From positions 2,386 through 66,385 of the forward strand of contig JARLJS010000046.1 of assembly GCA_031291075.1 (NCBI GenBank): 64,000 bases of DNA, read 5' to 3'. Each line of letters opens with the position of its first letter. Position 1 is the first letter of the stretch. Of this stretch, positions 48,555 to 57,759 are shown in pieces. Source of the DNA: Nevskia sp. Its GTDB lineage: Bacteria > Pseudomonadota > Gammaproteobacteria > Nevskiales > Nevskiaceae. A program made the translations under genes and the position numbers. The notes beneath the pieces are model-generated. The model was not told the origin of the DNA. It made no database searches and saw only the letters and a program-made list of their open reading frames with translations.

Positions 48555-48697
48555 ATTATAAGCTGTAATACGCTAAGTTACTGGATTTCAGTAATTTAAT
48601 TCTGAATTCTGCCCCCAATTCTGCCCCCTTTTTGCCGCATGTAAACGCGTCCGCGACATTTAGTCGAAGGCAAAATGATGGATGGCCCGTTCCGGCG

Positions 48698-49633
48698 TCA
48701 GCCGCGGCTTCCCCGCTTGGCAGGCTTCTGGGCCGCTGCCTCGTCCGAAAGCGGACGAATCGCGAACACCATGTAGTTGAAATCAACCTCCTCCACCTGC
48801 GGATCTTGAGGCTGCAGCGCCATGGCGTCGGAGTTCCAAACGTAGCGGCTCCAGTCCCAAGGCCGCTCCGGATCCGGATCGGCCTGCACCACGACGTAGG
48901 AACCATAGGCCAGGCGCGCGGACGTGGCGATGTCGGAGAAATCCAGTCCCAGGTTGAAGTTATGCACCTGCTTGTTGTGGGAGCGGCTACACAACGATTG
49001 CACCACCGCCTTGGCTAGGCCGGCGAATGGCTTCAGTGCCGGCTGGGCGTGCTCGATCAGCGACAAGCCATTCTTGAAGGCCGGCGAATCCAGGGCCGTC
49101 AGGATGACCTCGTCGTTCTTGCTGCTCAGGTTGACTGTACGCCCCTCAAAGGAGATTCCATCGCTGCCCACAGTGACGCCCATGAAGATCGGGGCGCCGG
49201 TGATGGCGGCGCTGCCTTTATCCTGCGTTTCAAAGCGCAGGGCAAACCTCAGCTCCTCGCTCTCGCCCGCCACCTGGTTCTTGCCGATAAATTCGCACAG
49301 GACCTTGTGCGTACCGCTACCCGGGTAATCATGGACGTAGAACTTGTCCATGGTGATCTTGATGCGCTGCCCGATGAGGTCACGGTTGACCTTGATCTGG
49401 CTGATGCCCTGGACCGGGACCGCGTTCGCCGAGCCCGCCGGGTTCGGCGCCATGTAGCCCAGGATGAGACCTCGGTGGACGTACGCCTTCTTGGCGAACA
49501 GGGCGTGCTGGCCGGCCACGGGAGAGCGATTGAACTCGGCAGCCGCGTCGAGATCCCGGATCTCAGTCAGGTACGCGCCGATGTCAGATCGAGACAGGGC
49601 GCCGAGAGAGTGCGAAGAATCGAATTCGGGCAT
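48698..49633 (-). CDS. Hypothetical protein (311 aa)
   Basis: GGAG RBS + ATG 49633, intact frame, 39 bp after the S8 stop; no family recognised. Confidence 0.75.
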   Translation of the reverse strand: MPEFDSSHSLGALSRSDIGAYLTEIRDLDAAAEFNRSPVAGQHALFAKKAYVHRGLILGYMAPNPAGSANAVPVQGISQIKVNRDLIGQRIKITMDKFYVHDYPGSGTHKVLCEFIGKNQVAGESEELRFALRFETQDKGSAAITGAPIFMGVTVGSDGISFEGRTVNLSSKNDEVILTALDSPAFKNGLSLIEHAQPALKPFAGLAKAVVQSLCSRSHNKQVHNFNLGLDFSDIATSARLAYGSYVVVQADPDPERPWDWSRYVWNSDAMALQPQDPQVEEVDFNYMVFAIRPLSDEAAAQKPAKRGSRG

Positions 49634-49672
49634 GGCTATTCTCCGTCGGAAGAAGATAAGGCGTCAGCCGCT

Positions 49673-51030
49673 TCAGCGCGTGCCGGCGCGGATGGCCGGG
49701 CGGACAGCGGCGCGGACTACGGCACTGACTTCAGCATACAGCCGGGACTGCTGGGATTGCGCCATCTCGATGGTGATCGCGAACGCGTAGGGTACGTGGA
49801 CGGTCGCAAGATCCTTGTGGGTTTGCGCCGCCTGGACGCAGACGATGAGCTGCCCATCTTCATTGGTGACCAGCTTCTTGCCTTCGAGGACAGCATGGAT
49901 CAGGGTCCCGCGATTGGCCGTGGAGCCGGTCGGCTGGCAGATCTCGCTGCGCTTGACCCCCTCCCAGAATGCAGACTTTCCCTCAGGGTTGCAGATCTTG
50001 AGGACGACACCACGGTAGTCGACCGTCCGATTGGTGACCGGCGTGGTCCAGGCCAGCGTCAGTACGATGCGCCGCACTTCGCGCGTGTTTATCATCGAAG
50101 GCGGAATCGGCAGCCGGTAATCATGCCGTCGCTCGGAACGGATCTGGTCTTCGCCCAGCAGGGTGATGCGGTGGAGGTCGCCTCGGACCACCCGCCCATG
50201 GTCGGGTTGCCCGTACCCCAGAAAACGGGTGATGGTTTGCCGGCGCCTCTGGCCGGTGTACTGCTCCTGCGGTGGATAATAGCGATCGAGGAACTCGCCG
50301 GTGTCACCCCAGGCGCAGCCGTGCGCCAGCAAGGCTTTCAGTAGAACGGCGCGGGTCTCTAAGGTCGTCCAGTCGACGCGTTCGGCAGTGAACACCTCAT
50401 CGAGGGCGTCGGCGATGAAGTGGCTGGATCGCGTCGTCAAAGCGGTGGCATTGCTGGTACCTGAGGTGCGGTGCACGTGCGCATTGTCGCCGGCGGCCGG
50501 AGAAGGCGTGGCTACCAGTTGTCCGACGTGGAACGAGGCTTCGCCGTGCACCTGGACGAAACCGTCCTGGCCTATTGATGGCGCCGCCAGGAAGCGTCCG
50601 CCGCGCTCGACCAAGTCTGGCTTGACCGAGCGATTGGCACCCAAACCGAGCGCCGACACCAGGCTGGTCAGTCCGGTCCTATTCGGATACGGATCGATGC
50701 CGGCCGCTGGCGTCTTCGGCCCGTTGTCCCCATGCACCGCCCCAATCGTCAGAGCGTTGATCGATTCCGCTGGCGTCAGCAGTCTTCGCGTGCCCTTGGA
50801 TTGCTCGATCGCCGCGATCAGAGCAGCTTCGCGCACCTCGGGAGCTGCATCCTGGAAGTGGGCGATGGTATCGAACACCGGCACCGGATATGGGCGGAAG
50901 ATATTGCCGGCGCTGACGACAAACAGCAGGCGATGCTCATGGCTGAAGTAGTCCAGCAACGTCGCCCACGGCGACAGGCGATGCACGAACGGGTGGAACG
51001 TGTCGCAGATGGAATGATTGACGATGCCGC
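49673..51030 (-). pseudogene. 5'-truncated S8 (subtilisin-like) peptidase, IetS-like
   Basis: 'IVNHSICD', 'VVSAGN', 'VKPDL', 'SGTSNAT' (catalytic Ser). The Asp and His triad motifs are missing; the upstream frame is antisense to another gene. Confidence 0.8.
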
Positions 51031-51509
51031 CGCAGACCATCCTGATGTCGCCGCCCCCATTGCCGCAAATCGGGCTCGGGTTGCCCGATCCCTTGGCCGA
51101 CAATCTGCGCTTCCGCCTGGAAGAGGCCGAACGCTGCCGGGAGGCCTGTGCTTGGCTTGCGGCGACGATCATGTACGGATCGGTGCTGGAGACCGTTCTG
51201 CTGGCCGTGCTCGGCCGCGACGAGCCGGCCGCGCTTGCCGCGGCACGTGCGCCTAGACCCAAAAGCGGCGGCAAGTCCTTCCCACTCAACACGTGGGGGC
51301 TGGAGGCACTGCTGAACGTTGCGGTGGATCTGAGAAAGCTCGATCCAGCCATGGCTGAATACGCTCACGCCTTGCGCGACGCCCGCAATCTAATCCATCC
51401 GGCCAAACAGGAACGCGAGCGCAGCAGCCCGGACGAGTGGCTAGTGAACGTCTCCAGGCAGGTGGTGGAGAGCGTGATGGCGACCCTTGATATCGACCGG
51501 GGCCCCTGA
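51030..51509 (+). pseudogene. Probable C-terminal fragment with HEPN-like motif
   Basis: 'EEAERC....AWLAA.IM.GS.LE' and 'LRDARNLIHP'; no convincing RBS or start. Confidence 0.5.
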
Positions 51510-51620
51510 GGCCGCCGGCAATGCTCTGCAGGGGAGCCATCGATGGCAGCGAGCGCCGAGGCGCCTTGGCCGATTACCGCCCGCAACTGCTGCGGGCGGT
51601 AATCGATCCCGCCGGATCAT

Positions 51621-52517
51621 CTAACGCCTACGATGTATCCACTCACCCTGTTCGGTGAAGTTGCGTGAGCCGGGATAGCCGAACGCGTTCCAGATTACAT
51701 CGATAGCCGGCCAGAGCACCCTGTGCGCCGCCTCGTCAGTGCTAGATACCAACGCTTCGGGCGGTGCGAGAAACTCCATCTCAGCCTTGCTTCCCCTGAA
51801 GCCGACACCATCATCGGTCGGCACGATGAAATCGAAATGAGTGCCGCCAACAAGAGCGATGAACACATAAAAGGGTGGCACTAAATCGAGCTTCATCAGC
51901 AACGGCAGATAAATCCCCAAAGAGGTAATCAGGTGCTCCTCAAAGCGCTTGCTATGGATGCGATTGTTACCGTCACCTTCGCTGGTGAAGACGCTCACAG
52001 CTTCGACGATGCCGTTCCTCTGGACGTGGCAATAGGCGTGGGAGCGATCGTCGGTGAGGTTGGCGTAGTTCAGGACGCCGTCCACCGTAAACTTGTAGTT
52101 CTGGTGCGCGTTCCGACCCAGTGGGTGGAACGCGGTCAGTCCAGAAACGCTCGCGCGAATATCGAGTGTTTTGCGGCTTGCGAACGCCGAGAATGGAATA
52201 ACGTGCAGGACTAGCTTGCAGCCCAACTGCACCATGACCGGGGTGTTGTGCCCATGGATATTGGCTAAGCGTTCCTGCCGGTAGTTGCGGATCCGCTCTG
52301 CAATGATCTCTCTTTGAGCGAGAGTGCTGTCGACCACCGGTGTTTCCTCTGGCAGATCCGCTTGCGCGGTCTGCCAGTTTCGGTAGCCATGCGCTCTCGA
52401 CATCGCTTCGAGTGCTTTTGAATGCGGCATCTTGATGCCGTCTTGCTCAAAGAAAAACTGAGCAACCAGCTTTGCTTGCTGCTTAACAGCAGCCTGGGAC
52501 AAGTATTGGTTTTGCAT
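51621..52517 (-). CDS. Hypothetical two-part protein (short N-terminal helical module + AlbA/Schlafen-partner-like C-terminal region)
   Basis: GGAG RBS 9 nt before ATG 52517; 'HSKALEAMSRAHGYRNW' N-module; 'KLVLHVIPFSAF', 'NGIVEAV', 'PP..VF..L', 'D.IWNAFG..GS.NF...G.W'. Confidence 0.7.
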   Translation of the reverse strand: MQNQYLSQAAVKQQAKLVAQFFFEQDGIKMPHSKALEAMSRAHGYRNWQTAQADLPEETPVVDSTLAQREIIAERIRNYRQERLANIHGHNTPVMVQLGCKLVLHVIPFSAFASRKTLDIRASVSGLTAFHPLGRNAHQNYKFTVDGVLNYANLTDDRSHAYCHVQRNGIVEAVSVFTSEGDGNNRIHSKRFEEHLITSLGIYLPLLMKLDLVPPFYVFIALVGGTHFDFIVPTDDGVGFRGSKAEMEFLAPPEALVSSTDEAAHRVLWPAIDVIWNAFGYPGSRNFTEQGEWIHRRR

Positions 52518-52901
52518 GGTCATCATCTCCAACGGCTCACGCTTACGGGATCCGCTTTGCCGTCGCGCATCGAGCCTGGATAGAAGACCAAGGGACGAGT
52601 GGCAACTGGAATTACCTCACCGAATTCGCCATACCCTTGCGGGCGCGGATGGCAGGCTCGGTAACCTAGGCAATATCCTAGCTCAGTTTGCCGATGATCG
52701 GCAATAGCGGCGGCGACTACCGGCAGTCCGGGATAGGGCGCGCCCGAGCAAGAATTACCGGCACAAGGGTCCTAGCCCGGGATGAAGAGTAAGTCGCTGA
52801 AAAGCTGTAGTGACGAAGGCGAACTCGGTCGCTTGTTGAGCGAGGCTCAATGGAGAACGCCACTATCTTGATACGTTGTGCTTCATCAGACGCCAGCCAC
52901 C

Positions 52902-53035
52902 ACGCCGCCAGCGGTCCTTTGCAGGCTGAGTTCCAGGCAGGGAGGCGGCGCAAAATCTTCCGGCGCGATTACACAGGAAGTACACAAATGACAGATACCT
53001 GATCCATTGAAACCAGCATAAGTGCTTGATTTTAA
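52902..53035 (+). repeat. tRNA-proximal element end (partner of 48407-48536)
   Basis: Shares the 28-mer, the TACACA tandem motif and TTGATTTTAA next to the tRNA CCA end. Confidence 0.85.
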
Positions 53036-53111
53036 TGGTGGCCGGGGACGGAATCGAACCGCCGACACGGGGATTTTCAGTCCCCTGCTCTACCGACTGA
53101 GCTACCCGGCC
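53036..53111 (-). tRNA. tRNA-Phe(GAA)
   Basis: GGCCGGGTAGCTCAGTCGGTAGAGCAGGGGACTGAAAATCCCCGTGTCGGCGGTTCGATTCCGTCCCCGGCCACCA: 76 nt, GAA anticodon, encoded CCA. Confidence 0.98.
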
Positions 53112-53249
53112 GCGAAGCGGAGCGCGCAATTAAACGCGAGTGGGGGGAATCCGTCAAGATTTGCGGTCATCTTCCGCGATTTTGCGATACAGCGGCGCCC
53201 GTATCCCCTGGATACCGGCTTGGGCCGGTATGGCGACGGAAAACGACGG

Positions 53250-53522
53250 TCAGCTCTTGGGCGGCACGTAATGCGTCTCCGTGAGGTCGCCGCCGCCGAA
53301 GAAATATTTCTCCATCTCCTCGGACAGGAACTTGCGGGCCTGGGCGTCGGCCAGGACCAAGCGGTATTCGTTGATGAGGCGGGTCTGGTGAGCGAGCCAG
53401 TCCTGCCAGGCCTGGCGGGAGACGTTCTCGTAGATGCGCTGGCCGAGCGCGCCGGGAATCGGGGGCTTGGGCAGGCCTTCGGCTTCCTTGCCGAGCTTGA
53501 TGCAGTGGACGGTGCGGGACAT
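53250..53522 (-). CDS. yggX: Fe(II)-trafficking/oxidative damage protection protein
   Basis: '[40 protein letters not shown]'. Confidence 0.95.
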   Translation of the reverse strand: MSRTVHCIKLGKEAEGLPKPPIPGALGQRIYENVSRQAWQDWLAHQTRLINEYRLVLADAQARKFLSEEMEKYFFGGGDLTETHYVPPKS

Positions 53523-53610
53523 CGTTGGCGGGCTGTGGGTGTAGGAAGGCGAGGTTGGCACAAAACGGGGCGGGTGGTAAGCGGTCATAGGCCTGCGGGA
53601 AGCTCATCTC

Positions 53611-53730
53611 GCCTCTCCCCCTGGGAGAGGCCGCGCCGTGAGGCGCGGGTGAGGGCGCTCCGTATCAGCTGCGGTCAACTCCTTCCGGCGGTGCCGCCCT
53701 CACCCTGCCCCTCTCCCAAAGGGAGAGGGA
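53611..53730. repeat. REP/BoxC-like palindromic unit (CCCTCTCCC...GGGAGAGGG)
   Basis: GCCTCTCCC-CCT-GGGAGAGGC, the GGGTGAGGGC/GCCCTCACCC pair, and CCCTCTCCC-AAA-GGGAGAGGG. Confidence 0.75.
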
Positions 53731-53756
53731 TGCTGATGCCGATGCATTTGCGGGAC

Positions 53757-54842
53757 TCACACTAGGCCGGCATCGGATTGTTGCGCTCGTTCACTGCGCA
53801 GACGCTCCAGGAACTTGCCGATGGGGGCGGGCAGGCCGGGCAGGTCGGCTCCCCCGATGTCGATCCAGCGCAGGCCGGCGCTTTCCTGCAGGGCCTGGGC
53901 GCCGGCCTCGGCGCGCAGGTGCAGCGGGGTGAGCTGCAATTCGAAATGGGTGAAGGCGTGGCTGAACGGCGGCAGCTCGGCCACCAGCCGCGCGGGCTGG
54001 CCGTAATGCCGGCGCAGCCAAGGCGCGGGGTCGGCGGCGTCCTCGCCGTCGAGCATGGGCAGGCACCAGAGGCCACCCCAGATGCCGGCGGGCGGGCGGC
54101 GCTCCAACAGGATATGGCCGTCGCGGTTTTCCACCAGCAGCAGGCGGGCCTGGCGGCGGGGGCGTTCGCGCCGGGGGCGCGGCGCGGGGAATTCGGCCAC
54201 GCGGTCCTGGCGGTGCGCCTGGCAGTCGCCGCTCACCGGGCAGGCGGCGCAGGCGGGCTTGCGCGCGGTGCAGAGGGTGGCGCCCAGGTCCATGATGGCC
54301 TGGGTGTAATCGGCCATGCGCTCCTGCGGCAGCAGGCTTTCGGACAAGGCCCATAGCCGCTTGGCGACGCGCGGCTCGCCGGGCCAGCCGGCGATGGCGC
54401 CGTGGCGGGCGAGCACGCGCTTGACGTTGCCGTCCAGAATGGCGTGGCGCTGGCCATGGGCCTGGGCCAGGATGGCGGCGGCGGTGGAGCGGCCGATGCC
54501 GGGCAGCGCGATCAGCGCGTCCAGCTCGGGCGGCAGCTCTCCACCGTGCTGCGCCGTGGCGAGCTGCGCGGCGCGCTGCAGGTTGCGGGCCCGCGCGTAG
54601 TAGCCGAGCCCGGCCCAGTGGCGCAGCACTTCGTCGGCCGGGGCTTCGGCCAGCGCGGCCAGGTCCGGGAAGCGCGCGACGAAGCGCTCGAAGTACGGGA
54701 TGACCGCGGCCACCTGGGTCTGCTGCAGCATGATCTCCGCCAGCCACACGCGGTAAGGCGTGCGCGGCTGCTGCCAGGGCAGGCCGTGGCGGCCGTGGCG
54801 GTCGAACCAGTGGAGGAGGCGGTGGCTGAAGGAGGCGGGCAC
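53757..54842 (-). CDS. mutY: A/G-specific adenine glycosylase
   Basis: 'EIMLQQTQV', 'GLGYYARARNL', HhH 'LPGIGRSTA', 'DGNVKRV', 4Fe-4S 'C..RKP.C..CP....C'. Confidence 0.97.
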   Translation of the reverse strand: MPASFSHRLLHWFDRHGRHGLPWQQPRTPYRVWLAEIMLQQTQVAAVIPYFERFVARFPDLAALAEAPADEVLRHWAGLGYYARARNLQRAAQLATAQHGGELPPELDALIALPGIGRSTAAAILAQAHGQRHAILDGNVKRVLARHGAIAGWPGEPRVAKRLWALSESLLPQERMADYTQAIMDLGATLCTARKPACAACPVSGDCQAHRQDRVAEFPAPRPRRERPRRQARLLLVENRDGHILLERRPPAGIWGGLWCLPMLDGEDAADPAPWLRRHYGQPARLVAELPPFSHAFTHFELQLTPLHLRAEAGAQALQESAGLRWIDIGGADLPGLPAPIGKFLERLRSERAQQSDAGLV

Positions 54843-54885
54843 TAGGGCGCCTTCAGCGGGAGAGAAGCTTTTGTTGAACGAACAG

Positions 54886-54935
54886 CCCCTCTCCCGGCCC
54901 TGCGGGCCACCCTCTCCCGCAAGCGGGAGAGGGGA
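54886..54935. repeat. REP/BoxC-like palindrome
   Basis: CCCTCTCCCG-CAAG-CGGGAGAGGG (54910-54933); same family as 53611-53730. Confidence 0.7.
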
Positions 54936-54957
54936 ATGCGTGTACGCAGAAAATGCA

Positions 54958-55575
54958 CTAACGCGCTGCCGTCTGCGGCGGATTGGCCAGCCGCTCGATG
55001 CCGGCGGCGGTGCGCTCCGCTTCCAGGCGCATGGAGCGCTCCATCAGCCAGGGGCCGATCGCCGGCGGCAGCCAGAAAGCGGGCTGCAGCTCGGCGTTGA
55101 AGTGAAGCTGCGTTTCCTCGCCGGCGGCGCGGAAAGTCCAGTCGGCGCGGCCGTAGCTGAAGTCGCTGGAGTTGCCGGAGTCGCCGGGGAACACCATGTC
55201 GGCATGCACGTCGCCGCCGTCCTGCCGCGGCTCCAGGCGCAGGTCCTGCAGCTGGTGCAGGGTGCGGCAATAGAGGGCGATGCAGACGCGCAGCTCGGCG
55301 TACATGCGCACGGTGTCGCCTTCGCCCTTGCCCAGGAAATCCATGGCGCGCACGTCGGGATTAACGCGCGGCAGGCCGCCGGGCGCCACGAAGGCGGCGT
55401 AGGCGGCGCTGGCCGGGGCGTGCACGCGCACGCTCATGTCGATGCGGTAGCGCTCGCCGTCGCGGCTCACCTGCAGGGACTGGATGTCCGCGGCGTGGGC
55501 GGCCGCTGCTGCGGCGAGCAGCATCGGCGCGAGGGCCAGCCTGGCGCTACTGCTTTTTCTTGCCGAAGAGGTCAT
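54958..55575 (-). CDS. Secreted SRPBCC/START-like hypothetical protein (start uncertain)
   Basis: Signal peptide, 'G.W.F', 'P.FW.PP.IG'; overlaps the asmA stop. Confidence 0.65.
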   Translation of the reverse strand: MTSSARKSSSARLALAPMLLAAAAAAHAADIQSLQVSRDGERYRIDMSVRVHAPASAAYAAFVAPGGLPRVNPDVRAMDFLGKGEGDTVRMYAELRVCIALYCRTLHQLQDLRLEPRQDGGDVHADMVFPGDSGNSSDFSYGRADWTFRAAGEETQLHFNAELQPAFWLPPAIGPWLMERSMRLEAERTAAGIERLANPPQTAAR

Positions 55576-57622
55576 TGAGCTTGTTGAGCAGGTCGCTGCC
55601 TTTCTGTCCGCCGAGCTTCTGCGTGAGCTTCTGCACCGCTTCCTGGCGCAGCACGGAGGCGACGTCGAGCTGGTAGCGCGGCGCGCTCAGGGGACCGCTG
55701 AGGTGAATGGGGATGGCGATGCCCTGGAGCTGCTCCAGCCCGCCCAGGCCGGCCAGGTTGGTGACGACCGGGGTGGCGGTGTAGTCCAGCGTGCTCTCGA
55801 CCAGGTCCACCTGGCCGGCGCCGGTGAGGTTGAACTGCGAGCTGACCGCCTTGAGGTCGTCGGAATGCAACACGCCGTTGACGAACTTGCCGGTGGCGGT
55901 GATGGAGCTGAACGCAGTCTCCTGCGGCCCACCCTGCTCCGGCTGCTGGCCCTTGTACACGGCCTGCGCGCGGCGCAGCACCTGCGCCAGGTTGAAGCCC
56001 TTGACCACGCCGTTCTGCAGGCTGGTGGCGACGTTGCCGTTGAGCGTGCGCTTGATCTCCCCCACCGTGCCGCCGGTGCCGGTGAGGTCCGCGCTGAAAT
56101 TGCCCTGGCCGGTGACGTGGTCCTTGCCCGTCAGGTCCTGCAGCAGCGGGCCGGCGTTGACCGAGACCAGCCGGGCGGATTCTGCATAGGCGGGACGCGC
56201 GCCGGGCCCCATGCGCGTGGTGGAGCTGAAGCTGCCGCCGTAGAGGCCGGCCGTCAGCTCGGCCGTCTTCTGGGCGCCGCGGGCGGCGGCCAGCTTGAGC
56301 TGCAGCCGCGACAGGTTGAGGTTTTTCAGCTTGAGCTTGCCGATGTCGAGCGTGCCGGCGGCGTCGAAGGTGTCGAGCTTGCCGATGGCCAGCGGTGCGT
56401 TGTCGGCGGCGGCCTGGCCGGCAGCGGGCGCTGCCACCGGGTTGCGGCTGCCGGGCTGCGGCAGGTAACGGTCGGCATCGAGCTGGTCGAGCTGCAGCGC
56501 GAACTGCAGCGCCGGCCTGGAGAAGTCCGCGATCGAGGCGCTGCCGGCGAGCGTGCTCTGGTCGAGCTTCACCACCAGTTGCTCCAGGCGCGCGCCGTCC
56601 TTGCCGGCATCGAGCCGGGCCGTCAGGCTGGCCTGCTTGAGCGCCTCGCCGTCCGCGCTGCGCGGCGGCTCCAGGCCTATGGCCTTGAAGGTGTCGCGCG
56701 GGTTGAACGGCGCCACGCTCACCGGCCCGCTGAAATGCGGCGCCGCGCCGTCCAGGCCGGTGCCGTCCACGCTGGTGTCGAGCGTGATGTTGGCGAGGCG
56801 GAGCTTGCCGTCGGCCAGCTTGAAGGTGCCCTTGTCGCTGTCCAGGTGGGCGGAGCCGCTCAGCTTCAGCTCCTGCTTGCCGCCCGGCACGGATGGGCCG
56901 CTGGCATCCAGCACGGCTTCCAGGTTCTGCGCGTCGAAGCTGCGGTTGGCGCGGTCGTAGGCCAGGCGGGCGGTGGCGGTCACGTCCGCGTTCACCTGCG
57001 GGTCGGCCGAAGCGGCGCTGAAACCCAGCTTGAAGTCGAACGGCGCGCCGGAGCCGATGGCGCCGGTCTTCAGCCGCAGCTTGGACAGCGCATAGGACTT
57101 GTGCGCCTGCTGGTCGACGTAGCTGATGCTGGCGTTGTCGATGTCGACGCCGCCGATCCCGGCCAGCCCGGTGCCGGCGCCGGCCTGTCCCGCCTGCGGC
57201 GCGGCCGGGGCCTGCGGCTGGGCTGGCTGCTTGTGGGTGAGGTCGTCCCAGTTGCTGGCGCCGTCGGCGCGCCGCAGCAGGTTGAGCTGCAGGTCCTTCA
57301 GGGTGACGCTGCCCACTTCCACCTGCCGGTGCAGCAGCAGCGGCAGCAGGCGCACGCCCACTTCGGCCTCGCCCACCACCGCCATCGGCTCGTCGCCGAA
57401 GCCCTCGGCGTTGCCGAGCTTCAAGTCCTTGATGCGCGCGCCCAGGGTGGGGAATACGCCGAGGTGGATGTCGCCGATGTCGAGCCGGCGATGGACCGAG
57501 GTCTGGACCTGGGCGCTGATGCGGCCGCGGAACTGGTTGGCATCGAACAGCAGCGACACGGCGACGATCAGCAGGATCACGCCGGCGACGAGCGCGCCGA
57601 CGATCCAGAGCAGTAGCCTCAT
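55547..57622 (-). CDS. AsmA-family protein
   Basis: N-terminal TM + 'D.N.FR..I...V....R.L.I.GD', 'LYGG', 'G.VKGFNL', 'T.FS.I.AT', 'G.G.VDL', 'IP..L.GPL..P'. Confidence 0.9.
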   Translation of the reverse strand: MRLLLWIVGALVAGVILLIVAVSLLFDANQFRGRISAQVQTSVHRRLDIGDIHLGVFPTLGARIKDLKLGNAEGFGDEPMAVVGEAEVGVRLLPLLLHRQVEVGSVTLKDLQLNLLRRADGASNWDDLTHKQPAQPQAPAAPQAGQAGAGTGLAGIGGVDIDNASISYVDQQAHKSYALSKLRLKTGAIGSGAPFDFKLGFSAASADPQVNADVTATARLAYDRANRSFDAQNLEAVLDASGPSVPGGKQELKLSGSAHLDSDKGTFKLADGKLRLANITLDTSVDGTGLDGAAPHFSGPVSVAPFNPRDTFKAIGLEPPRSADGEALKQASLTARLDAGKDGARLEQLVVKLDQSTLAGSASIADFSRPALQFALQLDQLDADRYLPQPGSRNPVAAPAAGQAAADNAPLAIGKLDTFDAAGTLDIGKLKLKNLNLSRLQLKLAAARGAQKTAELTAGLYGGSFSSTTRMGPGARPAYAESARLVSVNAGPLLQDLTGKDHVTGQGNFSADLTGTGGTVGEIKRTLNGNVATSLQNGVVKGFNLAQVLRRAQAVYKGQQPEQGGPQETAFSSITATGKFVNGVLHSDDLKAVSSQFNLTGAGQVDLVESTLDYTATPVVTNLAGLGGLEQLQGIAIPIHLSGPLSAPRYQLDVASVLRQEAVQKLTQKLGGQKGSDLLNKLNDLFGKKKQ

Positions 57623-57759
57623 GAGGGGTCCCTGTATGTCTTTGGAGCTAGTTTAGAGCACGGCCGCGACGGATCGTTCGCTGCCGCCGCGGAGGCATGG
57701 AGTTGTTCAGAGGCTCCCCGGGAGTAAAATACCGCTTTGCCGAACCGCAGTACCCGCCC

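Larger units (their letters stand above)
20100..53035. mobile_element. Composite genomic island at the tRNA-Phe 3' end (left limit approximate)
   Basis: Three recombinases, primase-helicase, TA modules and defence genes; a duplicated att end at 48407-48554/52902-53062; no REP-like repeats noticed inside. The left limit is inferred from the truncated gene at ~20100. Confidence 0.7.
48555..53035. mobile_element. Decayed 4.5-kb tandem element adjacent to tRNA-Phe (no integrase)
   Basis: Bounded by the att-like copy and the tRNA. The left end has TTACTG-N5-CAGTAA and tandem TTCTGCCCCC arm-like repeats (48607-48628). It contains gene fragments. Confidence 0.7.

Noticed and set aside
49673-51352. 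559-aa ORF as a full-length S8 peptidase
   Set aside because: The first ~105 codons are the antisense of the plus-strand fragment, and the catalytic Asp/His motifs are absent.
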